A stretch of 64,000 nucleotides of DNA from Heptranchias perlo (Eukaryota): contig NC_090337.1 in NCBI RefSeq assembly GCF_035084215.1, positions 31,620,001 to 31,684,000 of the forward strand, in the 5' to 3' direction. The stretch's first letter is position 1; each line of letters begins with the position of its first letter. A program made the position numbers and the translations under genes. Shown in pieces: positions 46,291 to 58,405 of the stretch. A model generated the notes under the pieces. It was not told the origin of the DNA, made no database searches, and saw only the letters and a program-made list of their open reading frames with translations.

Positions 46291-47011
46291 TTACTAGTTC
46301 ATTTTGATTTGTTTACATGTTATGCAAATTACAATGGTATTCTTTAGAAAAAGATGAAAGTACTCTTAACCATTATACAGCAGGTTCATAAAGAACTTGG
46401 GTAAGTGCCAAAACTGCTTTTGTCTATCACCAAATCAATTACAGTTTCTGTATCTCTTCCTTTCCTTTTGCACGTGTCTGCCTGCATCTCTTCGATTATT
46501 TCTGTCTTTTTTGGAGCATTAAAAAAATGGTAATACACAACCAACCTCCTTTGCATACAGCTCTAAGTATAGGCAAGTTTATTATTTATCTGGATACTGC
46601 ATATCTGTCAGCTTTCCTAACTACATATAAATTTTGCACTTTACCTTGTAATTAAATGTAAACAACCCACTGACTTACATCGTACAGTTAATGTACATGT
46701 AAAATTTACTATAAATTTGAAAATATTAGTTAAAATTTGTACAGTGAAATACATTATCAAAAAATATTTAGGAATATTATATTAATTTAATGTCACTTAG
46801 ACAATGTTTTCTAAGCTTACAATCATTTAAAATTGCCTAAATTTTTCTCAGAAAAATAAATGAACAATTTGGCTAAAGGTAGTTGAATATAAAATTTTAA
46901 AACATACTAAATTATAGTAACAAAAGAGATCAAACCATATTTTTGTTCATTTATTTTTAATTTGCATCAGTTTTCATATACAATTACTTTCCTCTTATTC
47001 CGGTACATTCT

Positions 47012-47113
47012 TCAATAATTTCTTTGCCTTGACCTATTTTGAAACAGTCCAATCAGTGAGAAGGCACCAGCGGCAGCCGTTACAAAGCCAATGGCATTCA
47101 TAGCTCTGTTTGC
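47012..47113 (-). CDS. PLAAT1: PLAAT1 last coding exon ([33 protein letters not shown])
   Basis: TTTGTTTCCTCAG| acceptor; TGA at 47012-47014. Confidence 0.93.
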   Translation of the reverse strand, partial: ANRAMNAIGFVTAAAGAFSLIGLFQNRSRQRNY

Positions 47114-49444
47114 CTGAGGAAACAAAAGTGGATTTAACAAAGCGTTAATACAACTGGTCAGCAGTTTTGGGAACCTATTGATTAGATGATATGTTGGCTG
47201 CTGTGGAAAGTTGATATGTCACAAAGTGAACGTACCTGGCAGTTGATCATGTTTGCTCCACTTTTAAAGATTAAAAAAAAAGTGTATTAAAAAAATATTT
47301 TTCCAAATCTTAAAAATATAAGTTTGTCAAATAAAATACTTAATGTCTATTTCTGAAATATGCTTTTATTTCAATTTCTAAGGATGACTGTAACCAACTC
47401 ATGACTTCATTGGTGATAGGTTATTTAATAATCCTCACTCTTGGACTACCTCCTATTTTCTCCTCTCTATTCCCCCTTTATGACCAGGACATATCTATCC
47501 TAATCTTGTTATGTAACTTGAGTTTCCCTGTATCCATTCATGTGCGCATTTTGGATGCGATTCTGGACCCGAGTACATCACTTCTAGTTCCCTTTTTCTT
47601 CTTCTTTTCTCTTTATCACTCCTTGGCACCTCTCTCCTGTCGTCATGCCTCCTTTCATTTCTCCACTTTCTCTACCTCTCTCTCCTCCTTTAAGATGCTC
47701 CTTAAAGCCTACCTCTTTGACCAAGCTTTTGGTCACCTGTCCTAATATCTCCTTACGTGGCTTGGTGTCAAATTTTGTTTGATAACATTGCTGTGAAGTG
47801 CCTTGGGATGTTTTACTATGTTAAAGGCGCTATATAAATGCAAGTTGTTGTTGTTGTTGGAAACAAAAAAAATCATTTTGAATGACACCTGTCAAAACCT
47901 ATAAACTCAGTAAAAAATATCCATAATTAAAAAGTAGATATTAGAGAAATGTTTCACAATATGGTGATTCAAAAAAAAACCTTGATACAAATTTGCACTT
48001 CAAAGCTAATCAGTAATTGATAGGATGCATTTTACAAAGTGCTTGTTGATGTCAATTCTTTGCATATAGAGAAGTATTTGGTTCATATTCACGTAATCTT
48101 TTCACTGCGATACTTTAATACTCATTCAGCAATACTATTGCATTAATGTTGTTATCTAAGGGTGTTGCTCTGTGCTTGCACAAATCTGTAAGGGACCTTT
48201 ATCAGCTATCAGTGCAAGGAAATCCAAATCTGCAGTGATTCATGTACCAGCCTGAGATCTGCATCTTACCTGTGCCTTCTTCACTGAAGCTGAGTACATT
48301 ACATTGGCCTTGTGCAAAATAATCTTGCATGAGACATTGTTAGGACGGAATTTTTTCAAGTCACGTACCTGATCAGACACACCCTCACCATAACGAAGTA
48401 AAGTGACGAAATGTTCACAGTTATTTCCCAACAAATCATAGGACACCTCCTGACCAATCAGGAACTCTGCTCGCTTAACAATTTCATCCACTGGCAAAGG
48501 AGTATGGTTGTCGTCATATTTATTATTTATTTTAAAAGTGTCTTTTCCAACAACATCTTTAAGTAGTTGCATTTTTGCCATTGCTTTCCTGCTGAAAACT
48601 GACTTTGCACTAGTGAATGAAGCAGGTGGCCCCTCATCTGCAGAATGCAAAAGCCCAAGTTTAGTACAAGACTAAAATGACAAAAAAAAAATTCAATTGT
48701 GTGTTTGTTAAAAAGAAAATATCCACACTATAAATATGATTTTATAATAATAATGTAAAATCTTCCAACGTCATTACAGCTGTCGATCTGCTTTAATTAC
48801 TTGGTTTTTATCCATACAAAAATAAACATTTCAAAAATAAACATGATTGCTTCAGCTGCATTAAGTTCTTTGATATAAAAATGCCACAATTTTTTTTATT
48901 CATTCATGGGATGTGGGTGTCGCTAGCAAGGCCAGTGATGAGGTTGATGGAAGAGAACGCTTGCGTGTTGTCACAGTCTGTGATAACACATTGAGAACCA
49001 ATCTATCAGGGTACTTGGTCCTCTATTTTGGAGGTGCCAATGGCAAGAAACTGTAACAGGAGGATCTGAATAAAGGATTAAATATGGGTGAAAGCAGTAG
49101 GGTCGGTGGGAATGGGGTATGGTGTTAGTGTTTAGATAGAATGTCTTTATTTATTAGGATTAGCACTCGATTTAAGATTCAGGACAGTACAGTTTTTAAG
49201 GCCCATTTTTTAACTAAGAATTAGTTGCTAAATTTTCAAATTTAAACTCAGAGCAGAGACAACATTTGTGCAGCACTAATTGTTTCTTTTCTTCATTTAT
49301 CTTACCTAAAGGTGCCACATTTATAACATAACCATCTCCCAGGTACAGGGCCCAATGTTGATACGCAGGTCTAAATATTTCAATTAAGTCCCCAGGATAG
49401 GGGTCCCCAGGGTATTCCACACTAAAGTGGTCGTTAGAAGCCAT
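47012..49444 (-). CDS. PLAAT1: Phospholipase A and acyltransferase 1 (HRASLS), 169 aa; exons 49306-49444, 48369-48637, 47012-47113
   Basis: Spliced protein [62 protein letters not shown]...[56 protein letters not shown]/NlpC-P60 fold with catalytic His, Asn in place of the second His (a PLAAT1 feature) and NCEHF; C-terminal hydrophobic segment; GT-AG introns. Confidence 0.96.
47670..47859 (+). mobile_element. L2-type LINE/SINE 3' tail fragment in a PLAAT1 intron
   Basis: [16 protein letters not shown] plus GTGAAGTGCCTTGGGATGTTTTACTATGTTAAAGGCGCTATATAAATGCAA(GTT)n. Confidence 0.85.
48369..48637 (-). CDS. PLAAT1: PLAAT1 catalytic exon (contains NCEHF)
   Basis: TTCTGCAG| acceptor, CAG|GTACGT donor. 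Confidence 0.95.
49306..49444 (-). CDS. PLAAT1: PLAAT1 first coding exon
   Basis: CCCTTTCAG|ATG: the start codon directly follows an acceptor; |GTAAGA donor. Confidence 0.95.
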
Positions 49445-49595
49445 CTGAAAGGGAAAACATGCATTAAAACTTTTTAAAAATATAATTTTAAAAATACTCC
49501 ACATAATTATCAAAATATTCAAATTTAATGCAGTTCCCAGCGAGAAAGTATTGGATCACTTTGTACAAACATACAAAAGCTGATTGAATAATAGC

Positions 49596-49801
49596 TTTGG
49601 ATGCTGGAAATCTGGAGCAAAAACAGAAAATCAAACACTCAGCAGATCACTTAGCATCTGTGGCGAGAACAGGCAAGTTCATGTTTCAGGGGTAGGCTCT
49701 TCGTCAGAACTAACAAAGGGGCCACACCTGAAACGTTAACTTGCCTGTTCTCTCCACAGATGCTGACTGACTTGCTGAGTATTTGCAGCATTTTCTGATT
49801 A
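49596..49801. mobile_element. Older Penelope-like inverted pLTR insertion with degenerate hammerhead motifs
   Basis: Imperfect palindrome (AGCATCTGTGGCGAGAACAGGCAAGTT / AACTTGCCTGTTCTCTCCACAGATGCT). Minus strand reads CTGACGAAGAG...CCTGAAAC. Possible TSD AATAGC at 49590-49595 / 49802-49807. Confidence 0.7.
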
Positions 49802-49957
49802 AATAGCAGGAAGAGAGAGAGCTATACACCGATTGAGAGTAAAAGTTACACAGCGACCGAGACAATAATCATCCATTTACTCCTACTCTCTGTTTTATAT
49901 CTTTCAGCCATCCCTGTCACATTACTTTTAATACCATGGGTCTTAATCTTTGCAGTT

Positions 49958-50168
49958 AAGGGCTGATTTTATGATCATGTGCTTCTAGCACATAGCTTCA
50001 CCTGCCAGGAGCGAATATTGGGCACGTCCCCATCCCCCCGCTCTGATTTTCAGTCCATTATAATTAATAGTGGAAAATATAGGGGAGTGTGCCTGTGATT
50101 TCCTACCTCTCACTTGCAATGGTCAAAGACGGTCCCTGCGAGGAGTGCCCATTTACAAAATCTGCCCT
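49958..50168. mobile_element. MITE with GGGC.GATTTT termini
   Basis: AGGGCTGATTTT ... AAAATCTGCCCT; central CCATT..TTAA..GGAAAAT motif shared with other MITEs here. Confidence 0.6.
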
Positions 50169-52189
50169 CAGGTGTCTCATTTGGCACGTTATCAAACTCT
50201 TATATAATTGACCCTTTCTGTCATGTAATCTAAAGCTGGAGCTAGCATTTGTCATGATAGTTATATTCTACTCCTCACATGTGCCTTTAAAGGATTGTCA
50301 GGACAGATGATGATAGGCTTTTCAACATCATAATGAATTAGAGTAATATATAATAGTTGTGCTGATGTCATTTACAGGTCACACCATCTCAATATCCTAA
50401 TGACTACAAATAACACTCAAATAAAACTCAGGTCTTACCTTTCTTTGGTTTGTGCACTTCAGCCAGCTATTTTTGCTGGTTCATTTGTTCATGAAATAAT
50501 TCTAAATAATGATTCACTTTATGCACATTACAAGCTCAACGAATTCTGTTTTCTTAAACTTCGCTTTCAAATGTTAACGACATACATAACTTTGTAACTT
50601 TTCTATATTATGGACAAATTGTTAACCAATTGTTTTAAAGAAACCTTCCTTGACAATATCACTTTTCCTGTTCTAAGATCAAGCTCTCAGTATAGCCCAG
50701 TGGCTCTTTTGTGTGGAATAGAGAGCTACAATGGATTTCACTAGAAATTTACAGATTATTAGGCCCAATGTTTTCTTTGTATTTGATGCCTATTACACAG
50801 CTATATGGTATATGACAGAATATTTAAAAAAATACATTCAGTTACATTACAACTAAATGCACATTCTACAACATGTAGCAATGTTCTACAAGATTACAGT
50901 AAGTAATGATAGGTCCAAACTTTGCTGAAAGGTTAAAGGTTAAATCTGCAGAAAACCAGATGTATGAAATTAAACACTCAAAATAATATTTTTAAATGTT
51001 TTTGAGATAGGAAAACCTATTGTGTGCCGAATTTGATATTAAAATTAAAAATAAAGATTAAGATCAATTATAACATTTAATTATAAATAGTATGTGATTT
51101 TCTAAACTTAGGGGTTAGAAATTTTCTGATTTGTCTTCATGCATTACATTATCAAAATATGCAATGCAGTCTGATCTTATTTAAATAACTCAACACATAA
51201 CCCAGTAACAAGCTTGGAACAGTGTAAATATCAAACGATGATTTCTGACAGTTCTGTTTAGCGTGATTAATAAAAAAAATCAGTAAAGATTTTTTCACTG
51301 GTTTTATATTAAATCACACTAAGTGACAGTATTTATGATACCAGTGCAAACTGTTCCTAATTCCAGGCTGTTATGTCTTCTTTGGCAAACCCTGCCTGGT
51401 CGAAGCTGCTTCTCAACCTTTCAGCCTGAGAAAAGATGTCGTTTAGTGAGACGCTATCAAAGGAGTCTCTCTGGATTCAAAAGCAAAATTAAAACTCGGA
51501 TTCATAATCGTTAACAGTCCGAATAAATCAACTGAGCTGTAGGCTCCCGAAAGATACTTGCATCAAAACAATGTATAAATACTCAACCGAATGATCGAGG
51601 CGTCTTTCATTCCGCACCCGGCTGTTATAGAGACTGCTGTTTTGAAAATAGCACCAGTTTAGTTCCACGTGGTTAAATGCTGGCTGCATTTGCCGATTTT
51701 ACTGCTGCAAAGATCTGCCTCTAATATAGCGGAGTAAACCGACTTACTGTAGTGATCTGAACATCCCACACAGCTGCTTAGTATTCGTCCTGTTAAAGGC
51801 TGAAGTTACTATACAGGCACAACACCATTCGTGAAGTTTTAAAGCAGTATGAAACTTGTATGCAGATCAAGTCAAGGATTACACCAGTGCCATTGCTGTG
51901 TGCATTGAGGCTTGTCACTCCCAATATTGTCATGGTAATTTTAAATGAACTCGTGAAGGGTTGTCACTTTCACTGAACTTTTTTTTCTGGAATTCAATTC
52001 AGTCACCATCACAACAAAAGCTGAATCTAGGAATTTTCTATTTTTGTTCACGAAATGTAAGTTAAACGGTCAGATGTGTCATTATAGTCTTCAGAAAAAG
52101 TGAAAAACTATTTTTAGCTTTCTTCCAAATCAGTATGTGTTTCTGTAACTGTAAGAGGAGCTGTAACGAGTTTATTGGGCAATTTAAAC

Positions 52190-52995
52190 CAATCTGCAAA
52201 TGGATATAGGCCGGTTAAGTGAATGGGCAAGAGGGTGGCAGTTGGAGTATAATGTGGGGAAATGTGAGGTTATTCACTTTGGTAGGAATAACAGAAAAAC
52301 AGAATATTTTTTATATGTGAGAAACTATTAAATGTTGGTGTTCAGAGAGATTTGGGTGTCCTCGTACATGAAACACAGAATGTTAACATGCAGGTACAGC
52401 AGGCAATTAGGAAGGCAAATGGTGTGTTAGCCTTTATTGCAAGGGGGTTGGAGTACAAGAGTAAGGAAGTCTTGCTGCAATTGTACAGGACTTTGGTCAG
52501 ACCACACCTGGAGTACCGTGTACAGTTTTGGTCTCCTTACCTAAGGAAGGATATACTTGCCTTACAGGCGGTGCAATGAAAGTTCACTAGATTGATTGCT
52601 GGGATGAGAGGGTTGTCCTATGAGGAGAGATTGAGTAGACTGGGCTGAGGTGATCTCATTCAAATGTATAAAATTCTTAGAGGGTAAATGGTGAGAAGTT
52701 GTTTCCCCCTGGTTAGAGAGTCTAGAACTAGGGGGCATAGTCTCAGGATAACGGGGCAGCCATTTAGGACCAAAATGAGGAGAAATTTCTACCCCAGAGG
52801 GCTGTGGATGCTCAGTCGTTGAGTATATTCAAGTTTGAGATCGACAGATTTTTGGACTCTAAGGGAATCAAGGGATATGGGGATAGAGCAGGAAAGTGTA
52901 GGCCCAAAGATCAGCCATGATCTTACTGAATGGCGGAGCAGGCTTGAGGGACCATATGGTCTACTCCTGCTCCTATTTCTTATATTCTTATGTTC
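52190..52995 (+). mobile_element. CR1 LINE 3' fragment with internal deletions
   Basis: Closely similar to 4795-5670; ORF 52352..52579 has RPHLEYRVQFWSP. Confidence 0.92.
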
Positions 52996-54429
52996 TAACT
53001 ACCTCAATCTTTTTAATCCCCACAAACCTACTAGACTTACTAGCTTCTTGTGCCATCCTTTAGCTTTTAATTTTTGAGCCAACGCAAATTTTGATGAAGT
53101 AAATTCATTTTACAGTAATAAATGATTTAAATGTCAGAGGTAGCATTATTACTATAATAATATTAACTCTAAACAACTAAAACAAACACAAAAAAAAATT
53201 TCCACACACTATGTCTCCCTTTCCTCTTATTCCCCATTCTCTCTTTTCTTTAATTATTTTAACTTTACCCTAACAGAACACATTCTATGCTAAAAAGCAT
53301 TTTTTTTTAAAGTTTAAAATACTACATTTACCCTTTTCCTCTGTTTTCTACCATCCATTTTAGATGTGGAGCAACTTTGGGAAAAAAAGGCAATTTTTTA
53401 CATATCAAATTAGAAGTTTACATTGCATATAGAGTTACTCATTCACCGCACATGTTGGGGCTTCTGTGAGGTAACTCATCTATAGCACAGTACAGGTTAA
53501 TGTTATCCAATTTACCTGTGTAGGGCAGCATAATGAATATTGAAGAGATACCATCAGTCTGTATTGCTCTAACTTTTACTCATTTGTTCTCCCCTTTTGG
53601 TCACCCCAGACTCTGCACCTCTTGTTACTAAAATAGCAAGCTTTTCCCAATGTTCTCTTCAAGGTTGCTCTTGAGGTAGCTTCTAAGAGATGCACAAGGG
53701 CAATCAAGTTATGATTCTTCCAATTTTCCATCCCTCTAAAGAGCCTGGCTTCCACTCAGTGCCTCGTCAGATCAACACAAAAACTGCAGTGTAACTAACC
53801 GGCCTTGTAATCCTATATATTATTCTGTGGAGTGAAAAGGGAAATCAGTCACGTGAATAATAAAAATAGGAATATATGTGTGTAGATTATCATCAGACAA
53901 GTGACATAACATTCTAATATGAATTTAGAGATTGATTTAAGATTCTAGAAAGATCATTCTATCTCATATATTAACAAAATATATCACCAACAACTATGAA
54001 CTCAAGACATTCTTTTGTGTGCCTGAAAGGGTATACTCCATATTTCTTTCACAACTGATGAAAGTCTTTTGTGGAGTAGGCAATGTAATCCCTTTTCTTT
54101 CAGCTGTAACTATTGTTATGAAAAGAAAAACATTTAGCTTTTGTACAAAATTAGGATAGGAACCTCGTGGTTTCTGGAATGTGCATCTGTCAGTTAGAAC
54201 ACTGGCTTTCATGAATTTACAACAGTACCATCAGCAGTTATTATCAATACTGTCCCAACCCTGAGAAGAATTACTGAACTAATAGCCCAACGTAGTCAGA
54301 ATATTTATCGTGCTGTACTCTTTCTCAAATAAATACAAGTACAGAAAAATCAGATTGTCGTTAATGGAATGTTTCCTTTACAGAACTGATCAGTTCATTT
54401 GCTCTTCACTTTGTCTAAGGCAGCTCGTC

Positions 54430-54940
54430 TGTTGGGGCGTTAAAAATTTTGGCCCGTGCTGAGGCCCAGTCCGGGATGGGAGGGGGGTGGGTGGTGAGGC
54501 AATCGGGTAGTTGGGGGGGGGGTGCAATGGTAGGCCATTAGCAGCCTGCAGTTGTTTTATGCAGCCAGAGGAACCATCTGCTCCTTCCAACACCACAAAA
54601 AACACAACTTTGCAAGTTTTCTGAGTGGCCTCCAGCAGTCCCTTTAAGGACTACTGGGAAGGCAGCTCAAGACCCGGAAATGCCAGTCAGAGCTTGTAAT
54701 GTGCAATGCTTCGACTAGGGCAAATAGATTTGTGAGTCCGGCTCTGAAATGAGCGCAGGAGCCTTATTTCAATATTGAAATGAAGTCTACGCTCATTTCA
54801 GGTGGTCATCAGGGCCGAGTAAACAAATGCCCCAACTAACTTAGCAGTGCACAACAGACATGGGCGTCTGCACTGCTAAATTGGTTTTTTGCCCAATTTA
54901 GGCCCATAATACGGGTGCAATCAAGTTAAATTTAGACCCC
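54430..54940. mobile_element. Probable non-autonomous DNA transposon
   Basis: GC-rich island with GGGG...AAATTT and AAATTTAGACCCC ends; internal hairpin TTAGCAGTGCA/TGCACTGCTAA. Confidence 0.45.
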
Positions 54941-55588
54941 AATGTTACCAGTTTTATTAGTGTGTAATGTTACACACTAAGAAAATATCAAAAATTTACT
55001 GATTTATACAAATTCTCAATTACAGTAATGAAATTTATGCGTAACACTTTTCTTTCCCCAACCTTCTGAATAAACAAGAACTCTGGACAGTTGATACTCA
55101 GAGAACGAATGCTGTGACTAGCATTTTAATGGCAATTGATGCTGTATTTTCCACTTGAACATAAATCAATTATACAAGAGATAATATAGTGAGTAGATAG
55201 TTCCTCAATCAGGGACTACATTAACAAGGGAAGCAGTAAACTGTCAAGCTGCTTTGTGGAGCTCTATGTTGCTTTTCAGTGTTTTAGTTCCCAGGCCTAT
55301 TTCTTTAAATTAAAATACATGAAACATTTAATGAAGGATGATTATATATCTTAAAAAACATACAACTAATCTTAGTCAGACAAGACTATTTACTTCGGGT
55401 ACTTACAATATCATAACATTTTGGTCAGTATAGGACAAACATATTAGCCCAGATGTTTCTCTTTCGCAGAACTGGTGTGCATCTCTGGTGTGGCATGACT
55501 ACTGCCTGACCCAGGCCGGTCTTCCAGCCTCGAGATCATTTAAATATTTTTGGTGCCAGCTAGTCTTCCAGAGTGAGGTGGAGATTTT

Positions 55589-58403
55589 AGTCATAGAGAG
55601 AGTCATAGAGTCATACAGCACGGATAGAGGCCCTTCGGCCCATCGTGTCCGCGCCGGCCATCAGCCCTGTCTACTCTAATCCCATATTCCAGCATTTGGT
55701 CCGTAGCCTTGTATGCTATGGCATTTCAAGTGCTCATCCAAATGCTTCTTGAATGTTGTGAGGGTTCCTGCCTCCACAACCCTTTCAGGCAGTGAGTTCC
55801 AGACTCCAACCACCCTCTGAGTGAAAAAGTTATTTCTCAAATCCCCTCTAAACCTCCCGCCTTTTACCTTGAATCTATGTCCCCTTGTTATAGAACCCTC
55901 AACAAAGGGAAAAAGCTCCTTAGTATCCATCCTATCTGTGCCCCTCATAATTTTGTACACCTCAATCATGTCCCCCCTCAGCCTCCTCTGCTCCAAGGAA
56001 AACAAACCCAATCTTCCCAGTCTCTCTTCATAGCTGAAGCGCTCCAGCCCTGGTAACATCCTGGTGAATCTCCTCTGCACCCTCTCCAAAGCGATCACAT
56101 CCTTCCTGTAGTGTGGCGACCAGAACTGCACACAGTACTCCAGCTGTGGCCTAACTAGTGTTTTATACAGCTCCATCATAACCTCCTTGCTCTTATATTC
56201 AATGCCTCGGCTAATAAAGGCAAGTATCCCATATGCCTTCTTTACCACCTTATCTACCTGTTCCGCCGCCTTCAGGGATCTGTGAACTTGCACACCAAGA
56301 TCCCTCTGACCCTCTGTCTTGCCTAGGGTCCTCCCATTCATTGTGTATTCCCTTGCCTTGTTAGTCCCTCCAAAGTGCATCACCTCGCACTTTTCTGGGT
56401 TAAATTCCATTTGCCACTGTTCCGCCCATCTGACCAACCCATCTATATCGTCCTGCAGACTGAGGCTATCCTCCTCACTATTTACCACCCTACCAATCTT
56501 TGTATCATCAGCGAACTTACTGATCATACCTTTTACATTCATATCCAAGTCATTAATGTAGACCACGAACAGCAAGGGACCCAGCACCGATCCCTGTGGT
56601 ACCCCACTGGCCACAGGCTTCCAGTCACAAAAACAACCTTCGACCATCACCCTCTGCCTTCTGCCACTAAACCAGTTTTGTATCCAAAGTGCCAAGGCAC
56701 CCTGGATTCCATGGGCTCGTACCTTCTTGACCAGTCTCCTGTGGGGGACTTTATCGAAGGCCTTACTGAAATCCATATATACCACATCCACTGCGTTACC
56801 CTCATCCACACGCCTAGTCACCCCCTCAAAAAATTCAATCAAATTAGTCAGACATGATCTTCCCTTGACAAAGCCATGTTGACTATCCCTGATTAATCCT
56901 TGCTTCTCCAAGTGGAGACTAATTTTGTCCTTCAGAATTTTTTCCAATAATTTTCCTACCACTGATGTTAGGCTCACTGGCCTGTAGTTCCCCGGTTTTT
57001 CCCTACTCCCCTTCTTGAATAATGGTATTACATTAGCGGTTCTCCAGTCCTCTGGCACATCCCCTGTGGCCAGAGAGGTTCTGAATATATGTGTCAGAGC
57101 CCCCGCAATCTCCTCCTTTGCCTCACACAGTAGCCTGGGATACATTTCGTCCGGGCCTGGGGATTTATCCATTTTTAGGCCTGCTAAAACCGCCAATACC
57201 TCCTCCCGCTCGATGTTAGTATGTTCGAGTATATCACAGTCCCCCTGCCGTATTTCTATGTCTACATCGTCCTTCTCCATAGTGAAAACAGATGCAAAAA
57301 ATTCATTTAGAACCCCTCCTACATCTGCCGGCTCCACACACAGATTGCCATTTTTGTTCCTAATGGGCCCTATTTTTTCCCTAGTCATCCTCTTACCCTT
57401 AATATACTTATAAAACATCTTAGGATTTTCCTTTATTTTGCTCGCCAGTGTTATTTCATGGCCCCTCCTTGATCTCCTAATTTCTTTTTTAAGTATCCCC
57501 CTGCACTTTTTGTACTCCTCTAGGGCTTCCTCCGTCTTTAGCCTTTTGTATCTGCCAAAAGCCCTCCTTTTTTTCCTAATCCATTCTCGTATATCCCCTG
57601 ACATCCAAGGTTCCCTGGAGTTCTTGGAACCACCCTTGACCTTTACGGGAACATGTTGCCATTGTATGGTCTCAATCTCCCTTCTGAAAGACTCCCATTG
57701 CTCCGATGCGGATTTTCCTACAAGCAGCTGATCCCAGTCCATTTTGGCCAGATCCTGCCTTATCCTATTAAAATCGGCCTTCCCCCAATTTAGAACCTTT
57801 ATTTCCGGCCTCTCCCTGTCCTTTTCCATGACCACCTTAAATCTCACCGAATTATGGTCACTGTCACCAAAGTGCTCACCTACTAGCACTTCTTCCACTT
57901 GGCCGGCCACATTCCCTAGAATTAGGTCCAGTACCGCCCCCTCTCTTGTAGGACTTTCTACATGCTGGCTCAAAAAGCTCTCCTGGATGCACGTTAAGAA
58001 TTTTGTACCCTCTAAGCCTTTTACACTCTGAGTATCCCAGTTAATATTGGGGAAGTTGAAATCCCCCACGATTATTACCCTATTATTTGCACAATTTTCT
58101 GAGATTTGCCTACATATCTGTTCCTCGATCTCCCCCTGACTGTTTGGGGGCCTATAGTACACTCCCATCAAAGTGCTTGCCCCCTTTTTGTTTTTAAGCT
58201 CCACCCATATGGCCTCATTAGAGGAACCCGCTAATATATCATCCCTCCTTATGGCAGTAATTGATTCTTTAATTAATATTGCGACCCCCCCTCCTCTTAT
58301 ACCTCCCCCTCTGTCTCGCCTGAAGATTCTGTACCCCGGAATATTGAGCTGCCAGTCTTGCCCCTCCCTCAACCATGTCTCTGTGACAGCAACAATATCA
58401 TAC
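55589..58403 (-). mobile_element. Very young CR1 LINE, truncated near the start of ORF2, with apparent 5-bp TSD ATTTT
   Basis: ATTTT at 55584-55588 and 58404-58408; (CTATGACT)n tail; uninterrupted ORF2. Confidence 0.95.
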
Positions 58404-58405
58404 AT
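55676..58405 (-). CDS. CR1 ORF2 protein (APE endonuclease plus reverse transcriptase), 909 aa, no stops or frameshifts
   Basis: AVTETWL, YRPP, VGDFN, LDLIL, SDH (APE); [37 protein letters not shown] (RT). Confidence 0.9.
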   Translation of the reverse strand: MYDIVAVTETWLREGQDWQLNIPGYRIFRRDRGGGIRGGGVAILIKESITAIRRDDILAGSSNEAIWVELKNKKGASTLMGVYYRPPNSQGEIEEQICRQISENCANNRVIIVGDFNFPNINWDTQSVKGLEGTKFLTCIQESFLSQHVESPTREGAVLDLILGNVAGQVEEVLVGEHFGDSDHNSVRFKVVMEKDRERPEIKVLNWGKADFNRIRQDLAKMDWDQLLVGKSASEQWESFRREIETIQWQHVPVKVKGGSKNSREPWMSGDIREWIRKKRRAFGRYKRLKTEEALEEYKKCRGILKKEIRRSRRGHEITLASKIKENPKMFYKYIKGKRMTREKIGPIRNKNGNLCVEPADVGGVLNEFFASVFTMEKDDVDIEIRQGDCDILEHTNIEREEVLAVLAGLKMDKSPGPDEMYPRLLCEAKEEIAGALTHIFRTSLATGDVPEDWRTANVIPLFKKGSREKPGNYRPVSLTSVVGKLLEKILKDKISLHLEKQGLIRDSQHGFVKGRSCLTNLIEFFEGVTRRVDEGNAVDVVYMDFSKAFDKVPHRRLVKKVRAHGIQGALALWIQNWFSGRRQRVMVEGCFCDWKPVASGVPQGSVLGPLLFVVYINDLDMNVKGMISKFADDTKIGRVVNSEEDSLSLQDDIDGLVRWAEQWQMEFNPEKCEVMHFGGTNKAREYTMNGRTLGKTEGQRDLGVQVHRSLKAAEQVDKVVKKAYGILAFISRGIEYKSKEVMMELYKTLVRPQLEYCVQFWSPHYRKDVIALERVQRRFTRMLPGLERFSYEERLGRLGLFSLEQRRLRGDMIEVYKIMRGTDRMDTKELFPFVEGSITRGHRFKVKGGRFRGDLRNNFFTQRVVGVWNSLPERVVEAGTLTTFKKHLDEHLKCHSIQGYGPNAGIWD

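Noticed and set aside
45978-46307. Leu/Ser-rich membrane-protein-like ORF
   Set aside because: Translation of a CT-rich degenerate microsatellite.
48240-48650. Single-exon 136-aa PLAAT ORF as given in the track
   Set aside because: Its ends read through intron sequence; true exon limits are 48369-48637.
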